DNA of 64,000 nucleotides from an uncultured Christensenella sp. (GCA_950079155.1 CATMWH010000001.1:2982-66981), one strand, 5' to 3'; positions 17,960 to 27,080 are shown, numbered from the stretch's first letter. The notes: generated from the sequence alone by a model not told the origin. Program-made: numbers and translations.

Positions 17960-19315
17960 ATGCAAGTAGGCGATATTTTGACAGTTGACATTACTTCGGT
18001 TGGTATGGACGGCGAAGGCGTTGCAAAAGTTGACGGCGTAGTTTTATTTGTTTCGGGGACACTAGTTGGAGAGACAGCCAAGGTGCAGATTACTCAAGTC
18101 AAGAAGTCATTTTGTTTTGCAAAGGTCGTCAAGATACTTGTTTCAAGCATTGACAGAATAGACCCTCCGTGCAAGATATGCTTTAAGTGTGGCGGTTGCG
18201 AGACGTTGCATATAGATTATGCAAGGCAGTTGGAAATCAAGCGGCTTCACGTCAAAAATTGCTTGGAAAGAGAGTGTAAGCGAGATTTTACAATAGATTC
18301 TACAGTTGCAAGTACAAGGCAGATAGGTTATCGCAACAAGATTCAAGTTCCTATTTCTTATCAAAACGGTAAATTGGTCGGCGGATATTTTGCTCCCAAT
18401 TCTCACAAAGTAGTGCCGTTTTGCAGGCAGGGCGAGAGCGGAAGTTGTCTTCTCAACAGCGACGGTATGCAGGCTATATTAGACGCGTTTTTAGATTATA
18501 TGAAAGAAGAGGGGCTTACGGCTTATGACGAGACAAATCACAAAGGACTTGTCAGGCATCTTGTGATACGCAAGGTTGACGGTAAGTTTGCAATATGCGT
18601 TGTGATCAACGGTAGCGGATTACCAAATCGTAACCGCCTTGTGTCTATGCTGAATACGCTCGGAATAGAGTTCGCGCTCTATATTTCCCCCAATACTCGC
18701 CGCACCAACGTCATAATGGGCGAAAAGGTAATCACTCTTTACGGCTACGAGGCTTTGCAAGGCGAAGCGTTGGGCGTAAAATACCTCGTGTCTCCACAAT
18801 CATTTATGCAAATCAACGACGGCGTCAGAGATATGATATATTCCAAAGTGGGCGAGATAATAAAGGACAGCGGTATTGCCAATGTTATTGACGCATACAG
18901 CGGCATAGGAATTATGACTAATATATTTGCAAAGTACGCGGACAAGGTCTACGCTATAGAGATAGTGCCGCAGGCAATTGCAAACTCTAAGATTTTGGCG
19001 AAACTTAATGGCAATGACGATAAGATAATCAATATTTGCGGTGATTGCGCTCAAGAACTTCCTAAGGTTGTCTCGCGGCTTGACAAGTCTATCGTTGTGC
19101 TCGACCCGCCTCGCAAAGGGTGTGACGGAGCAGTCTTAAAATCTCTGTTATCAGCGTTGCCCGATAAAATTATTTACATATCTTGCAATCCTGCAACTTT
19201 GGCAAGAGACGTCAATATTCTTCTTGACAAGTACGAGCCTGTTTCAATCACGCCTTACGATATGTTTCCCAACACAAAACACATAGAGACGTTGGCTTGC
19301 TTAAAACGCAAATAG
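17960..19315 (+). CDS. rlmD: 23S rRNA (uracil-5-)-methyltransferase RlmD/RumA family (TRAM + Fe-S + SAM MTase)
   Basis: 451 aa. N-terminal TRAM domain, Cys cluster CKICFKCGGCE, SAM motif DAYSGIG, and catalytic region DPPRKG ... ISCNPATLARD. Confidence 0.9.
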   Translation: MQVGDILTVDITSVGMDGEGVAKVDGVVLFVSGTLVGETAKVQITQVKKSFCFAKVVKILVSSIDRIDPPCKICFKCGGCETLHIDYARQLEIKRLHVKNCLERECKRDFTIDSTVASTRQIGYRNKIQVPISYQNGKLVGGYFAPNSHKVVPFCRQGESGSCLLNSDGMQAILDAFLDYMKEEGLTAYDETNHKGLVRHLVIRKVDGKFAICVVINGSGLPNRNRLVSMLNTLGIEFALYISPNTRRTNVIMGEKVITLYGYEALQGEALGVKYLVSPQSFMQINDGVRDMIYSKVGEIIKDSGIANVIDAYSGIGIMTNIFAKYADKVYAIEIVPQAIANSKILAKLNGNDDKIINICGDCAQELPKVVSRLDKSIVVLDPPRKGCDGAVLKSLLSALPDKIIYISCNPATLARDVNILLDKYEPVSITPYDMFPNTKHIETLACLKRK

Positions 19316-19319
19316 CGTT

Positions 19320-19556
19320 TTACAAATGAATTTTATCCGCGCGCTTATAGGCGGCTTGGCATAGTTCGATAAAATATCGCGCGCTTTCTCTTATATCGTC
19401 TTTATGATATCCCAGTACGCAAGCGCAACTTTCTTTGCAATTGAACGGCACGTAAGCAAATTCGCCCGTGTGGTCATTGGTAAATCCGGGTGACAGAGTT
19501 ATTCCGCGTCCAGCCGCCACGTTCATAAGCGCGGTTTCGTGGTCGGGGCAATTCAA
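19320..19556 (-). pseudogene. Remnant of the C-terminal substrate-binding domain of a LysR-type regulator
   Basis: The 78-aa ORF resembles only the last third of a LysR effector domain (GRGITLSPGF ... VLGYHKDD). No wHTH part lies upstream. Confidence 0.5.
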
Positions 19557-19641
19557 AATATTTACGTCGGCTGCTATTATAATTACAAGAATTTAAATTG
19601 CAGTTTAGCAATAAATAGAACAAAATATAGGGAGAAATAAT

Positions 19642-20490
19642 ATGGAACAGACTTATCTTACATTAAATGACGGCAATAAAATTCCGCAATTCGGTCTTGG
19701 CGTATTTATGATTATGGGAGATGCTAACACTGAAAAAGCGTGTTTGGAAGCGTTAAATCTTGGCTATTGTCATATCGACACAGCGCACGCTTATCAAAAC
19801 GAACGCGGTGTAGGGCAGCAGTTAAAAAGAGCGGTATTCCGCGTGAAGAAATATGGATTACGTCCAAATTATGGCCGAGCGAATACGGCGAAGGAAAAAC
19901 TGCGGAAGCAATTGATAAAATGCTTAAAAGGCTCAATGTAGATTATATGGACCTTTTGCTTTTACATCAACAGTTTGGAGATTTTCGGCGCGTGGAAAGA
20001 TATGGAATGCGCGGTTAAGGCTGGCAAGGTAAGGAGTATCGGTATTAGCAATTTTCACGAAAATCTCGACACGCTTTTGGGCGCCGCTACGATAAAGCCG
20101 TCCGTATTGCAGGTAGAATGTCATCCTTACTTCCAGCAAAGTGAATTGAAAGCAAAGATTGCTCCTTATGGCACTATATTAGAGAGTTGGTATCCTATCG
20201 GTCACGGCGGTCCGCGTCTTTTGAACGAGCCGCTGTTTGCGTAACTTGGAGAAAAGTATAATAAGACTAATGCGCAGATAATACTGCGTTGGCATATTCA
20301 ATCAGGGAATATCATTTTTCCTAAGTCAGTCAATCCTCAGCATTTGCGCGATAATATCAATATATTCGACTTTCAACTTACGGACGGAGAAATGAAGTCT
20401 ATAAAAAAACTTGATTGCGGCAAGCGCTATTTTACGCTCACTCTTAAAGAGCAAGAAGCGCAACTTTCGCAGTTTACCCCTGCTGATTGA
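19642..20490 (+). pseudogene. Aldo/keto reductase pseudogene (two frameshifts plus one in-frame stop)
   Basis: AKR homology jumps frames. Frame 1 (19642-, DTAHAYQNERGVG) passes to frame 3 near 19805-19820 (AVKKSGIPREEIWITSKLW ... LLLLHQQFGD). It returns to frame 1 at the T-run near 19983 (FGAWKDMECAVKAGKVRSIGISNF ... ECHPYFQQ). An in-frame TAA sits at 20242-20244, then LGEKYNKTNAQIILRWHIQSGNIIFPKSVNPQHLRDNI continues to 20490. Confidence 0.8.
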
Positions 20491-20497
20491 GGTAAAT

Positions 20498-21034
20498 ATG
20501 AAAAATAAAAGTATAGAAAGAGTAGATATGCGAGAGTCTGCTTTTCAGAAGACGGCTAGTGAAATGACAAGATGCAGAAAACTGTGCTTTAAAATAAACA
20601 ATACCGAGCCAATGACGGAAGAATTGCGTGCCTTAGAGCAGGAATTGTTTGACGGTAGGCTCAATGAAACGAGTTGTTTTATGCCGCCTATGCAAATTGA
20701 TTTGGCGAGCAATATCCAAGTTGGGAAAAATGTGTTTGTAAACAATGACTTTATTTGTATGGCGTGCGGAGGCGTAACGATAGAAGATGACGTTATGATT
20801 GCGCCTCGCGTTTCTATACTCACCGTAAATCACGATATTTGCGACCACCACATTCTTGAATGCACTTCCATAAAAATATGTAAAAATGCTTGGATAGGAG
20901 CAGGCGCGACAATTCTTGCGGGCGTGAGCGTGGGCGAAAATGCTATAGTCGCAGCCGGCGCAGTCGTAACAAAAGACGTAGCGCCTAATACGGTCGTGGG
21001 TGGAAATCCAGCAAAAGTTATTAAGGAAATTTAG
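20498..21034 (+). CDS. Maltose O-acetyltransferase-family hexapeptide-repeat acetyltransferase (paralog of 823-1392)
   Basis: ATG at 20498 lies behind RBS gaggt; the track start at 20411 lies inside the AKR pseudogene. Hexapeptide repeats [43 protein letters not shown]. Confidence 0.85.
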   Translation: MKNKSIERVDMRESAFQKTASEMTRCRKLCFKINNTEPMTEELRALEQELFDGRLNETSCFMPPMQIDLASNIQVGKNVFVNNDFICMACGGVTIEDDVMIAPRVSILTVNHDICDHHILECTSIKICKNAWIGAGATILAGVSVGENAIVAAGAVVTKDVAPNTVVGGNPAKVIKEI

Positions 21035-21056
21035 ATATAGCGAAAGAATGTTAACA

Positions 21057-21929
21057 TCACAAATCATTTTGAAGATAATTCAAAAACAATTCGGAGGCTT
21101 TGGAAAATACTTGATATTTTTTCCAAGCAAATACAAGGTCGGCTTTGATTTTTGGTTCAAAAGGGCGGAAGACTAAATTCCGCTCCGAAGTGTTTAACAA
21201 TCCGTCAATCGCTAATGCGTACCCCATACCTTCTTCGACCATAAGCGAAGCGTTGTACAAAAGGTTATGAGTGGAGAGTATATTGAGTTTTGAAAAGTCT
21301 TTGCCGAGCCACCCCGACAGTTCGTTGTTGGTAAGCGCTTGCCTAGAGCATAGCAAAGTTATGTTTTCAAGGTCTTTTGGGCGTATAGTTTTGCTATTGG
21401 CTAAAGGAGAGTCTTTGCGCATCAACAGACCCCAAGTATCATATATCGGCAATTTGATGTAATCAAATTTTTCGAGGTTTGCATTTCCTACGAACAATCC
21501 AAAGTCTACCAATCCTTTTTCCAGTCTTTCCGACACGTCTTCGCCGTTGCCGCTATAAATATGAAAACGAATATCGGGGTAAGCGTCCGACAGTTTTTTC
21601 ATTGCGCCAATGACGACGCGCATACCTTGCGTTTCGCCGCAACCGATAAAGATATCGCCGGCAATGGTTTGGTCGACGGATTTAAACGATGCTTGCGTCT
21701 TGTCTGCCAAATCAACGATTTCTTGCGCGCGCTGACGAAGGAATGTACCTTCTTCCGTCAAAGTAATTTTTCTTTTTCTGCGCTCGAATAACTTGCAACC
21801 AAGTTCCTCTTCCAAGTCCATCAGTTGTTTAGAAAGTGTAGGTTGAGTGACGTGCAGGCTTTCTGCCGCGGCAGTAATATTCTTTTCTCTCGCAACGGCA
21901 AGAAAGTATTTCAATACGCGAAGTTCCAT
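21057..21929 (-). CDS. LysR-family transcriptional regulator
   Basis: Starts at MELRVLKYFLAVAREKNITAAAESLHVTQPTLSKQL (ATG complement at 21927-21929). It is full length and a paralog of the regulator at 1-687. Confidence 0.9.
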   Translation of the reverse strand: MELRVLKYFLAVAREKNITAAAESLHVTQPTLSKQLMDLEEELGCKLFERRKRKITLTEEGTFLRQRAQEIVDLADKTQASFKSVDQTIAGDIFIGCGETQGMRVVIGAMKKLSDAYPDIRFHIYSGNGEDVSERLEKGLVDFGLFVGNANLEKFDYIKLPIYDTWGLLMRKDSPLANSKTIRPKDLENITLLCSRQALTNNELSGWLGKDFSKLNILSTHNLLYNASLMVEEGMGYALAIDGLLNTSERNLVFRPFEPKIKADLVFAWKKYQVFSKASELFLNYLQNDL

Positions 21930-22068
21930 AGTTGACCGCCTATATTTTTTAGATATTATATAAATTTTTACTATTCCTGTCAACTATGGTAAACAATAGA
22001 AAATAAGTATTTGCTATCAATATATTTTTATTTTAAAATATATTTGGGATATCCTTTGCGACGCCTTT

Positions 22069-22533
22069 ATGAAAGGCGCAATCGAGAGCGGCAACGAAGT
22101 AGAGAAGATTCGCATTGCGGAAAAGAATATAGGTTATTGCAAGGGGTGTTATTATTGCCGTCAATTGAGCGGTAAGTGCGTCATAAAAGACGATATGGCA
22201 GACGTTTTGCAAAAGATGATAGAAGCAGACGTGATTGTCTTGAGCAGTCCGGTTTATTTCTATTCAATTGACGCGCAGTTAAAAGCCTTGATAGACCGCA
22301 CTGTTGCCAGATGGCTTGAGGTGAGAGACAAAGAGTTTTATTACATAATGACAGCCGCTGACGAAGCTGAAGAGTCTATGCGCGCCACGCTTGAATGTTT
22401 TCGCGGCTATGCCGACTGCGTTGAGGGCGCCAAAGAAATGGGCGTCGTATACGGAACCGGCGTATATGAAAAAGGCGAAATTAAGGATACTCCTGCCGTT
22501 GAGCAAGCGTATCAATATGGGCTCAATGTTTAA
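22069..22533 (+). CDS. Flavodoxin-family protein, apparently 5'-truncated (lacks the N-terminal GSPRKxGNT flavin-binding loop)
   Basis: 154-aa ORF with no RBS. The in-frame upstream codons still read DILCDAF before the ATG, as in full-length homologs (…NTDILCDAFMKGA…). Further upstream is AT-rich non-coding DNA. The Cys motif CKGCYYC is present. Confidence 0.6.
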   Translation: MKGAIESGNEVEKIRIAEKNIGYCKGCYYCRQLSGKCVIKDDMADVLQKMIEADVIVLSSPVYFYSIDAQLKALIDRTVARWLEVRDKEFYYIMTAADEAEESMRATLECFRGYADCVEGAKEMGVVYGTGVYEKGEIKDTPAVEQAYQYGLNV

Positions 22534-22606
22534 TCGAGCGGCGTAATACGGCGGCTTATAGGAGTCGTTTAGAGCAAATGCTTGAGTATCATTGACAAAA
22601 TTACTG

Positions 22607-22649
22607 TTTACTTTATTTTAGTTGCGTGGTATAATTATTACGCAACTAA
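22607..22649 (+). promoter_or_regulatory. Putative promoter (TTTACT-17-TGgTATAAT) with a 10-bp perfect inverted repeat bracketing the -10 box
   Basis: The -10 TATAAT at 22630-22635 is preceded by TGg. Inverted repeat arms are ttagttgcgt (22618-22627) and acgcaactaa (22640-22649). Confidence 0.5.
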
Positions 22650-22667
22650 TTTATTTGAGGTGATTTT

Positions 22668-23345
22668 GTGATAAACATACTTGTCGCAGAAGATGATATA
22701 AAACTCAACAAACTCATACGCGCCATGCTTGAGAATTGCGGGTACAGGGCGGATATGGCGCTCGACGGACAGAGCGCTTATGATATGTTTTGCGAAAAGC
22801 ATTATGATTTGGTCATATCTGATATAATGATGCCCATAGCGGACGGCTATCAATTGGCGGAGAATATCCGAAAGATAAATTCCACTGTGCCAATTTTATT
22901 TATGACGGCAATCGACGACTTTGACGCAAAGAAGCGCGGCTATTCTTTGGGTATTGACGACTATATGGTCAAGCCTATCGATGTTGATGAACTTGCGCTC
23001 AAGATAGGCGCGCTGTTGCGCCGTTCGCAAATAGTCAGCGAGAGGAAACTGGTCGTAGGCAACACGACTTTGATATACGATTCGCTCACCGCTCAACTTC
23101 CCGACGGAGAAATCGAATTGCCGCAAAAAGAGTTTTATATATTGTACAAACTTTTGTCATATCCGGGCAAGATCTTCACGCGAAGTCAACTTATGGAGGA
23201 ATTTTGGGGCGCAAATAGCGACACCGTCGAGCGTACCGTCGACGTGCATATCACAAGGATAAGAGACAAGTTTAAGTCGAGCAAGGACTTTGAGATAGTC
23301 ACTATAAGAGGACTTGGATACAAGGCTATCAAAAAGCAAAAATAG
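22668..23345 (+). CDS. OmpR-family response regulator
   Basis: 225 aa, GTG start behind gaggtg. Receiver domain (VAEDD ... DLVISDIMMP ... KP) plus winged-helix output domain (VDVHITRIRDKF ... IVTIRGLGYK). Confidence 0.9.
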   Translation: MINILVAEDDIKLNKLIRAMLENCGYRADMALDGQSAYDMFCEKHYDLVISDIMMPIADGYQLAENIRKINSTVPILFMTAIDDFDAKKRGYSLGIDDYMVKPIDVDELALKIGALLRRSQIVSERKLVVGNTTLIYDSLTAQLPDGEIELPQKEFYILYKLLSYPGKIFTRSQLMEEFWGANSDTVERTVDVHITRIRDKFKSSKDFEIVTIRGLGYKAIKKQK

Positions 23346-23353
23346 GGGAAAAT

Positions 23354-24400
23354 ATGAGCAAACAAAAAAAGAAAAACAACACTTCGTTGCTTGTCAAATT
23401 GAGTTTGGCAAGTTTTGTATCCATCTTGGCTGCGTCAGGTATCTTTTCCGGCGCGTATTACATTCTTGAACATCTTCAGGTTGAGATAGACGACAGTTGG
23501 TGGACCATTATCGTTGCCGGTATTGCAAGTATTATAGTCGGTATAGTGCTTTCAATTATCGTCAATATGTATTTTTTCAATCCTATCAAGGATTTGCTTG
23601 ACGTGACCAATAGGGTTGCGCACGGTGATTTTTCCGTTCAACTCAAAGAAAAGACCAAGAAAAACGGCGAAATCAAGACCAACGAAATGTCAATGCTTAC
23701 GCATCACTTCAACGTTATGGTCAACGAACTAGACAAGAACAAAACTCTCAAGAGCGATTTTGTCAGCAATGTGTCTCACGAGTTCAAGACTCCGCTTGCC
23801 AATATCAAAGGGCACGCAGAACTTATAAAGAATTGCGAGGATAGAGCGCAGATAACCGAATATTGCGACGATATCATTGACGCGGTGTCCAATTTGACAA
23901 CGCTTACGTCCAATATTTTGCGTTTGAGCAAGTTGGAAAATCACGCGATACTTCAACCCAATGACTTCCGTCTTGACGAGCAGATCAGACAGGCTATTAT
24001 CGTATTGGAAAATAAGTGGACGGAGAAGAATATAAATCTAAATATAGACCTTGACGAAGTGACTATATTCTATGACGAATCGCTTTTTGGACAGGTGTGG
24101 CAAAATCTTATATCCAATGCAATCAAGTTTACCGATAACGACGGCGAAATAAATATTATGCTCAAAAAATATGACGATGAAGCCATTTTTACCATTCGCG
24201 ACAATGGCATAGGTATGAGTGACGAAGTCAAGAGTCATATTTTTGAAAAGTTCTATCAAGGCGACTTGTCTCGCGCAAGAGAAGGCAACGGACTTGGACT
24301 TGCGCTTGTCAAGAAGATACTTGACAACTCTCTTTGCCGTATCGACGTCGAAAGCAAAGAAGGCGTAGGAACTGCGTTTACCGTGCATATTCCAATTTAA
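23354..24400 (+). CDS. Sensor histidine kinase (2 TM, HAMP, HisKA, HATPase_c)
   Basis: 348 aa. H-box SNVSHEFKTPL, N-box NLISNAIKF, G-boxes DNGIGM and GNGLGLALV. Confidence 0.9.
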   Translation: MSKQKKKNNTSLLVKLSLASFVSILAASGIFSGAYYILEHLQVEIDDSWWTIIVAGIASIIVGIVLSIIVNMYFFNPIKDLLDVTNRVAHGDFSVQLKEKTKKNGEIKTNEMSMLTHHFNVMVNELDKNKTLKSDFVSNVSHEFKTPLANIKGHAELIKNCEDRAQITEYCDDIIDAVSNLTTLTSNILRLSKLENHAILQPNDFRLDEQIRQAIIVLENKWTEKNINLNIDLDEVTIFYDESLFGQVWQNLISNAIKFTDNDGEINIMLKKYDDEAIFTIRDNGIGMSDEVKSHIFEKFYQGDLSRAREGNGLGLALVKKILDNSLCRIDVESKEGVGTAFTVHIPI

Positions 24401-24669
24401 ACACAGAAAATATAATTAGATAAAATTCCTTCAAGCACCGATGTAAACACGCTTAGGATATTAATGTGGTTTGAAAAGTATCGAGATTTATCTCATCCCC
24501 AAAATTCTTGGGCAACTAGTAACAGATTGTATTTGACCAGATTTGAGACTGGATATCGGCAATGTAAATAAAGCGTTGCGTCGAACTATGCTTGGCTCTA
24601 CTTTATTTCTCTTCATAGAGTTTATGCTAGGTGTATTTTTAAACCTTTCATTATAAATATTGACATATT

Positions 24670-25410
24670 TTAACTATTCTTTAGACTTACAGCCATACAG
24701 GCTATTGCTAAAGCAAGGTTAAAACTTGCAATTGTGATATAGTAATTGGCAAATGGCGTAACAAAACTTATCAAAAGCAGCAGCAGGCTTACGCCTATAA
24801 ATCTAAAACCGTTTTTGCGGGTAAAAGCCGTTTGAATTATCATCGTAAACATTTGTCTTGCGGATATCTTAACTTTGCTATCTTGAGGAAGTAAATCGTT
24901 TTTTTTGACGGCGTTGTATAACTGCCGAAAGTTGGAGTAAATCAGCATTACGTCACCGAAGTTTTTTATAAAAGCCGTTGTCTTTTTATCGCCGTTGGTC
25001 GTGAGAATGAAAGCCTTTTGAAAACCGTTTTTTTTGCATATCCTATAATATCTTACCATTGTATCGGCAGAAATCGAACCGTATTTAGTCCAGAGAAAAA
25101 CCGGAGTATTGTCAATAAGTATATAATCGCCCATATCCTGAAATTGCTTTTTATTTTCGCAAAGTTTGGCAATGACTTCTTTTGCATAATCTTCGCCTTG
25201 CCAAATCAGATAGGTCACGTATTTGCGATAACTTATTTTGTTATTGCTAGGCTTAAAAAATGCTCTTCGTACAGTAGAAACGGCGACTATAGATATCAGC
25301 GCGCTTAAGATTAGTCGTAGCGGCAAGTTGAGAGGTAAGAAGTACGCGCCTATGTATGCTGAGACGAAGACCGTCAACGTCAATAAAATCAAATCTAATA
25401 TAATTGCCAT
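24670..25410 (-). CDS. Hypothetical membrane protein: 2 TM + Mrr-like (restriction-endonuclease-fold-like) core + 2 TM
   Basis: The real gene is probably the 246-aa 3' part of the 491-aa track ORF (ATG complement at 25408-25410). The core GDYILIDNTPVFLWTKYGSISADTMVRYYRICKKNGFQKAFILTTNG resembles the D...(E/Q)xK Mrr_cat layout, with W replacing E/Q. The RBS is weak. Confidence 0.6.
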   Translation of the reverse strand: MAIILDLILLTLTVFVSAYIGAYFLPLNLPLRLILSALISIVAVSTVRRAFFKPSNNKISYRKYVTYLIWQGEDYAKEVIAKLCENKKQFQDMGDYILIDNTPVFLWTKYGSISADTMVRYYRICKKNGFQKAFILTTNGDKKTTAFIKNFGDVMLIYSNFRQLYNAVKKNDLLPQDSKVKISARQMFTMIIQTAFTRKNGFRFIGVSLLLLLISFVTPFANYYITIASFNLALAIACMAVSLKNS

Positions 25411-25518
25411 ATTTTGTTTATTGTCCAAAAACAATCTTAATATACTCAAATATATCCCAAAGCCTTTTATCTTGTTGCTAAAATTTTGATTATTGTGTAA
25501 AATAAATATGAGGTATTT

Positions 25519-26625
25519 ATGAAGATAATCTTTGGCGGAGCCTTTAATCCTATTCACAATCAACACGTCAGTATGATAAAACATTTGCTTACTCTTGACG
25601 GATTGGACGGAGTCGTAGTATTGCCGTCTGCAAATCCGCCTCATAAGAGATGCGATACGTCGTTTTCCCAACGTGTTGAGATGATAGAACTTGCCTTGGA
25701 CGGCGTCGACGGAATCGAGATATGCGATTTGGAGAGTAAAGACGACGGAAAGCATTATACGTGCGAGGTGCTGCCTAAGTTGAAAAAAATATACGGCAAT
25801 ATTGCTTTTGTCATAGGCGGAGACAGTCTTGAGGATTTTGCCACTTGGAAGAATCCGCAAGAGATAATAAAGATGTGTAGACTTTATGTATTTACCAGAG
25901 GTCAAAGTAAAAATTTTGACAAGGCTCTTAAATATTGGCGAAGTCAAGGAGCAGACATAACGGTGTGCGATTATCATCCCGAGGACGTAAGTTCTACGCT
26001 TATTAGATACAATGCTATATTGGGCGAATATGACTGTCTTTGCCCGCAAGTGGCGGATTATATCAAACGCAACAAGTTGTACGTTAAGTATAGCGATATA
26101 ATATCGAGTCTTAAAAACAATATACCGCAAAATACTTTCGAACATTGTTCAAGAACTGCAAAATACGCATTGTGGCTCAACTATACTTTGGATTTGGGGC
26201 TAGATTATGACAAGGCTTTGCTTGCGGGGCTTTTTCACGATTGCGCAAAAGCGTTGTGTCATATTCCTCATTCCGAGACAGGTGTGCCTTCAGATAGTCT
26301 GGGTACGCCCGTAGAGCATCAGTTTTTGGGCGCGATTGTTGCCAAAGAACAATATGGAATTGACGATCAAGAGGTATTAGAAGCCATAAAATACCACACA
26401 ACTGGCAAAAAATCAATGAATGATTTGCAAAAATTGATTTTTTGCGCCGATATGTTAGAACTTGGCAGAGAATATCCCGAAGTTGAATATTTGAGAAGTT
26501 GTATAATCAAATCTTTGGATTACGGTTATAAAGAATGCGCGTTAGCGCAATACGAATTTTTAAAACAAAAAGGCGGAGAAATATATCCGCTTACGCTTGA
26601 GGCGATAGAAGAATTTATTAGTTGA
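25519..26625 (+). CDS. nadD: Fusion of nicotinate-nucleotide adenylyltransferase (NadD) with the YqeK HD-domain phosphohydrolase
   Basis: 368 aa. The N-terminal half has GGAFNPIHNQH and ISSTLIR. The C-terminal half has HD-domain motifs HCSRTAKYA ... LFHDCAK ... KYHTTG. The two functions are normally encoded by adjacent genes nadD and yqeK. Confidence 0.9.
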   Translation: MKIIFGGAFNPIHNQHVSMIKHLLTLDGLDGVVVLPSANPPHKRCDTSFSQRVEMIELALDGVDGIEICDLESKDDGKHYTCEVLPKLKKIYGNIAFVIGGDSLEDFATWKNPQEIIKMCRLYVFTRGQSKNFDKALKYWRSQGADITVCDYHPEDVSSTLIRYNAILGEYDCLCPQVADYIKRNKLYVKYSDIISSLKNNIPQNTFEHCSRTAKYALWLNYTLDLGLDYDKALLAGLFHDCAKALCHIPHSETGVPSDSLGTPVEHQFLGAIVAKEQYGIDDQEVLEAIKYHTTGKKSMNDLQKLIFCADMLELGREYPEVEYLRSCIIKSLDYGYKECALAQYEFLKQKGGEIYPLTLEAIEEFIS

Positions 26626-26693
26626 ACAGTGTTCAATACAATATATAATAAATCAAAATGCTATGATTATGGCGTGAGATAATAAGGAGTAAA

Positions 26694-27080
26694 ATGGAAA
26701 AAGTAGAGTTTATATGTAAATTGTTGGATGATAAAAAGGCAAAAGACATAGTCACTGTCAACTTGGAAAATTTGACGGTCATTGCCGATTGCTTTATCAT
26801 CTGTTCGGCAAGGTCTAATACGCAGGTCAAGGCGCTTGCTGATATCGTAGAAGAAGGAATGTCAAAAGCAGGAGTAGAGCCGTTGAGGGTTGAGGGAAAG
26901 CAAGAAGGGCGTTGGGCTGTCCTTGACTATGGCGATGTGATTGTTCACATATTCTATGAGGAGACGAGGCGTCTTTATTCGTTGGAGACGCTTTGGTCCA
27001 ATGGCGCCAATGTCGCGCATTACGGCGAAGAAGAGATTGTAGACGGCTTTAAAAAGATTGACGCAAGCAAGCCTGTGTAA
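26694..27080 (+). CDS. rsfS: Ribosome silencing factor RsfS
   Basis: 128 aa. Typical motif DCFIICSARSNTQVKALADIV ... GRWAVLDYGDVIVHIF. Sits in the conserved position after nadD/yqeK. Confidence 0.9.
   Translation: MEKVEFICKLLDDKKAKDIVTVNLENLTVIADCFIICSARSNTQVKALADIVEEGMSKAGVEPLRVEGKQEGRWAVLDYGDVIVHIFYEETRRLYSLETLWSNGANVAHYGEEEIVDGFKKIDASKPV

Noticed and set aside
24401-24669. A 270-bp non-coding gap after the histidine kinase gene, examined for a small RNA, a transposase remnant or a repeat copy.
   Set aside because: There is only a weak resemblance to the family-1 repeat (tcgagatttatc at about 24480). All frames are broken by stops, and I found no stable structure or recognisable motif.
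25411-26145. The 5' two-thirds of the 491-aa minus-strand track ORF (24670-26145).
   Set aside because: It lies entirely antisense to nadD-yqeK and is codon-aligned with it. It has no protein-like motifs. The only plausible gene portion is 24670-25410.
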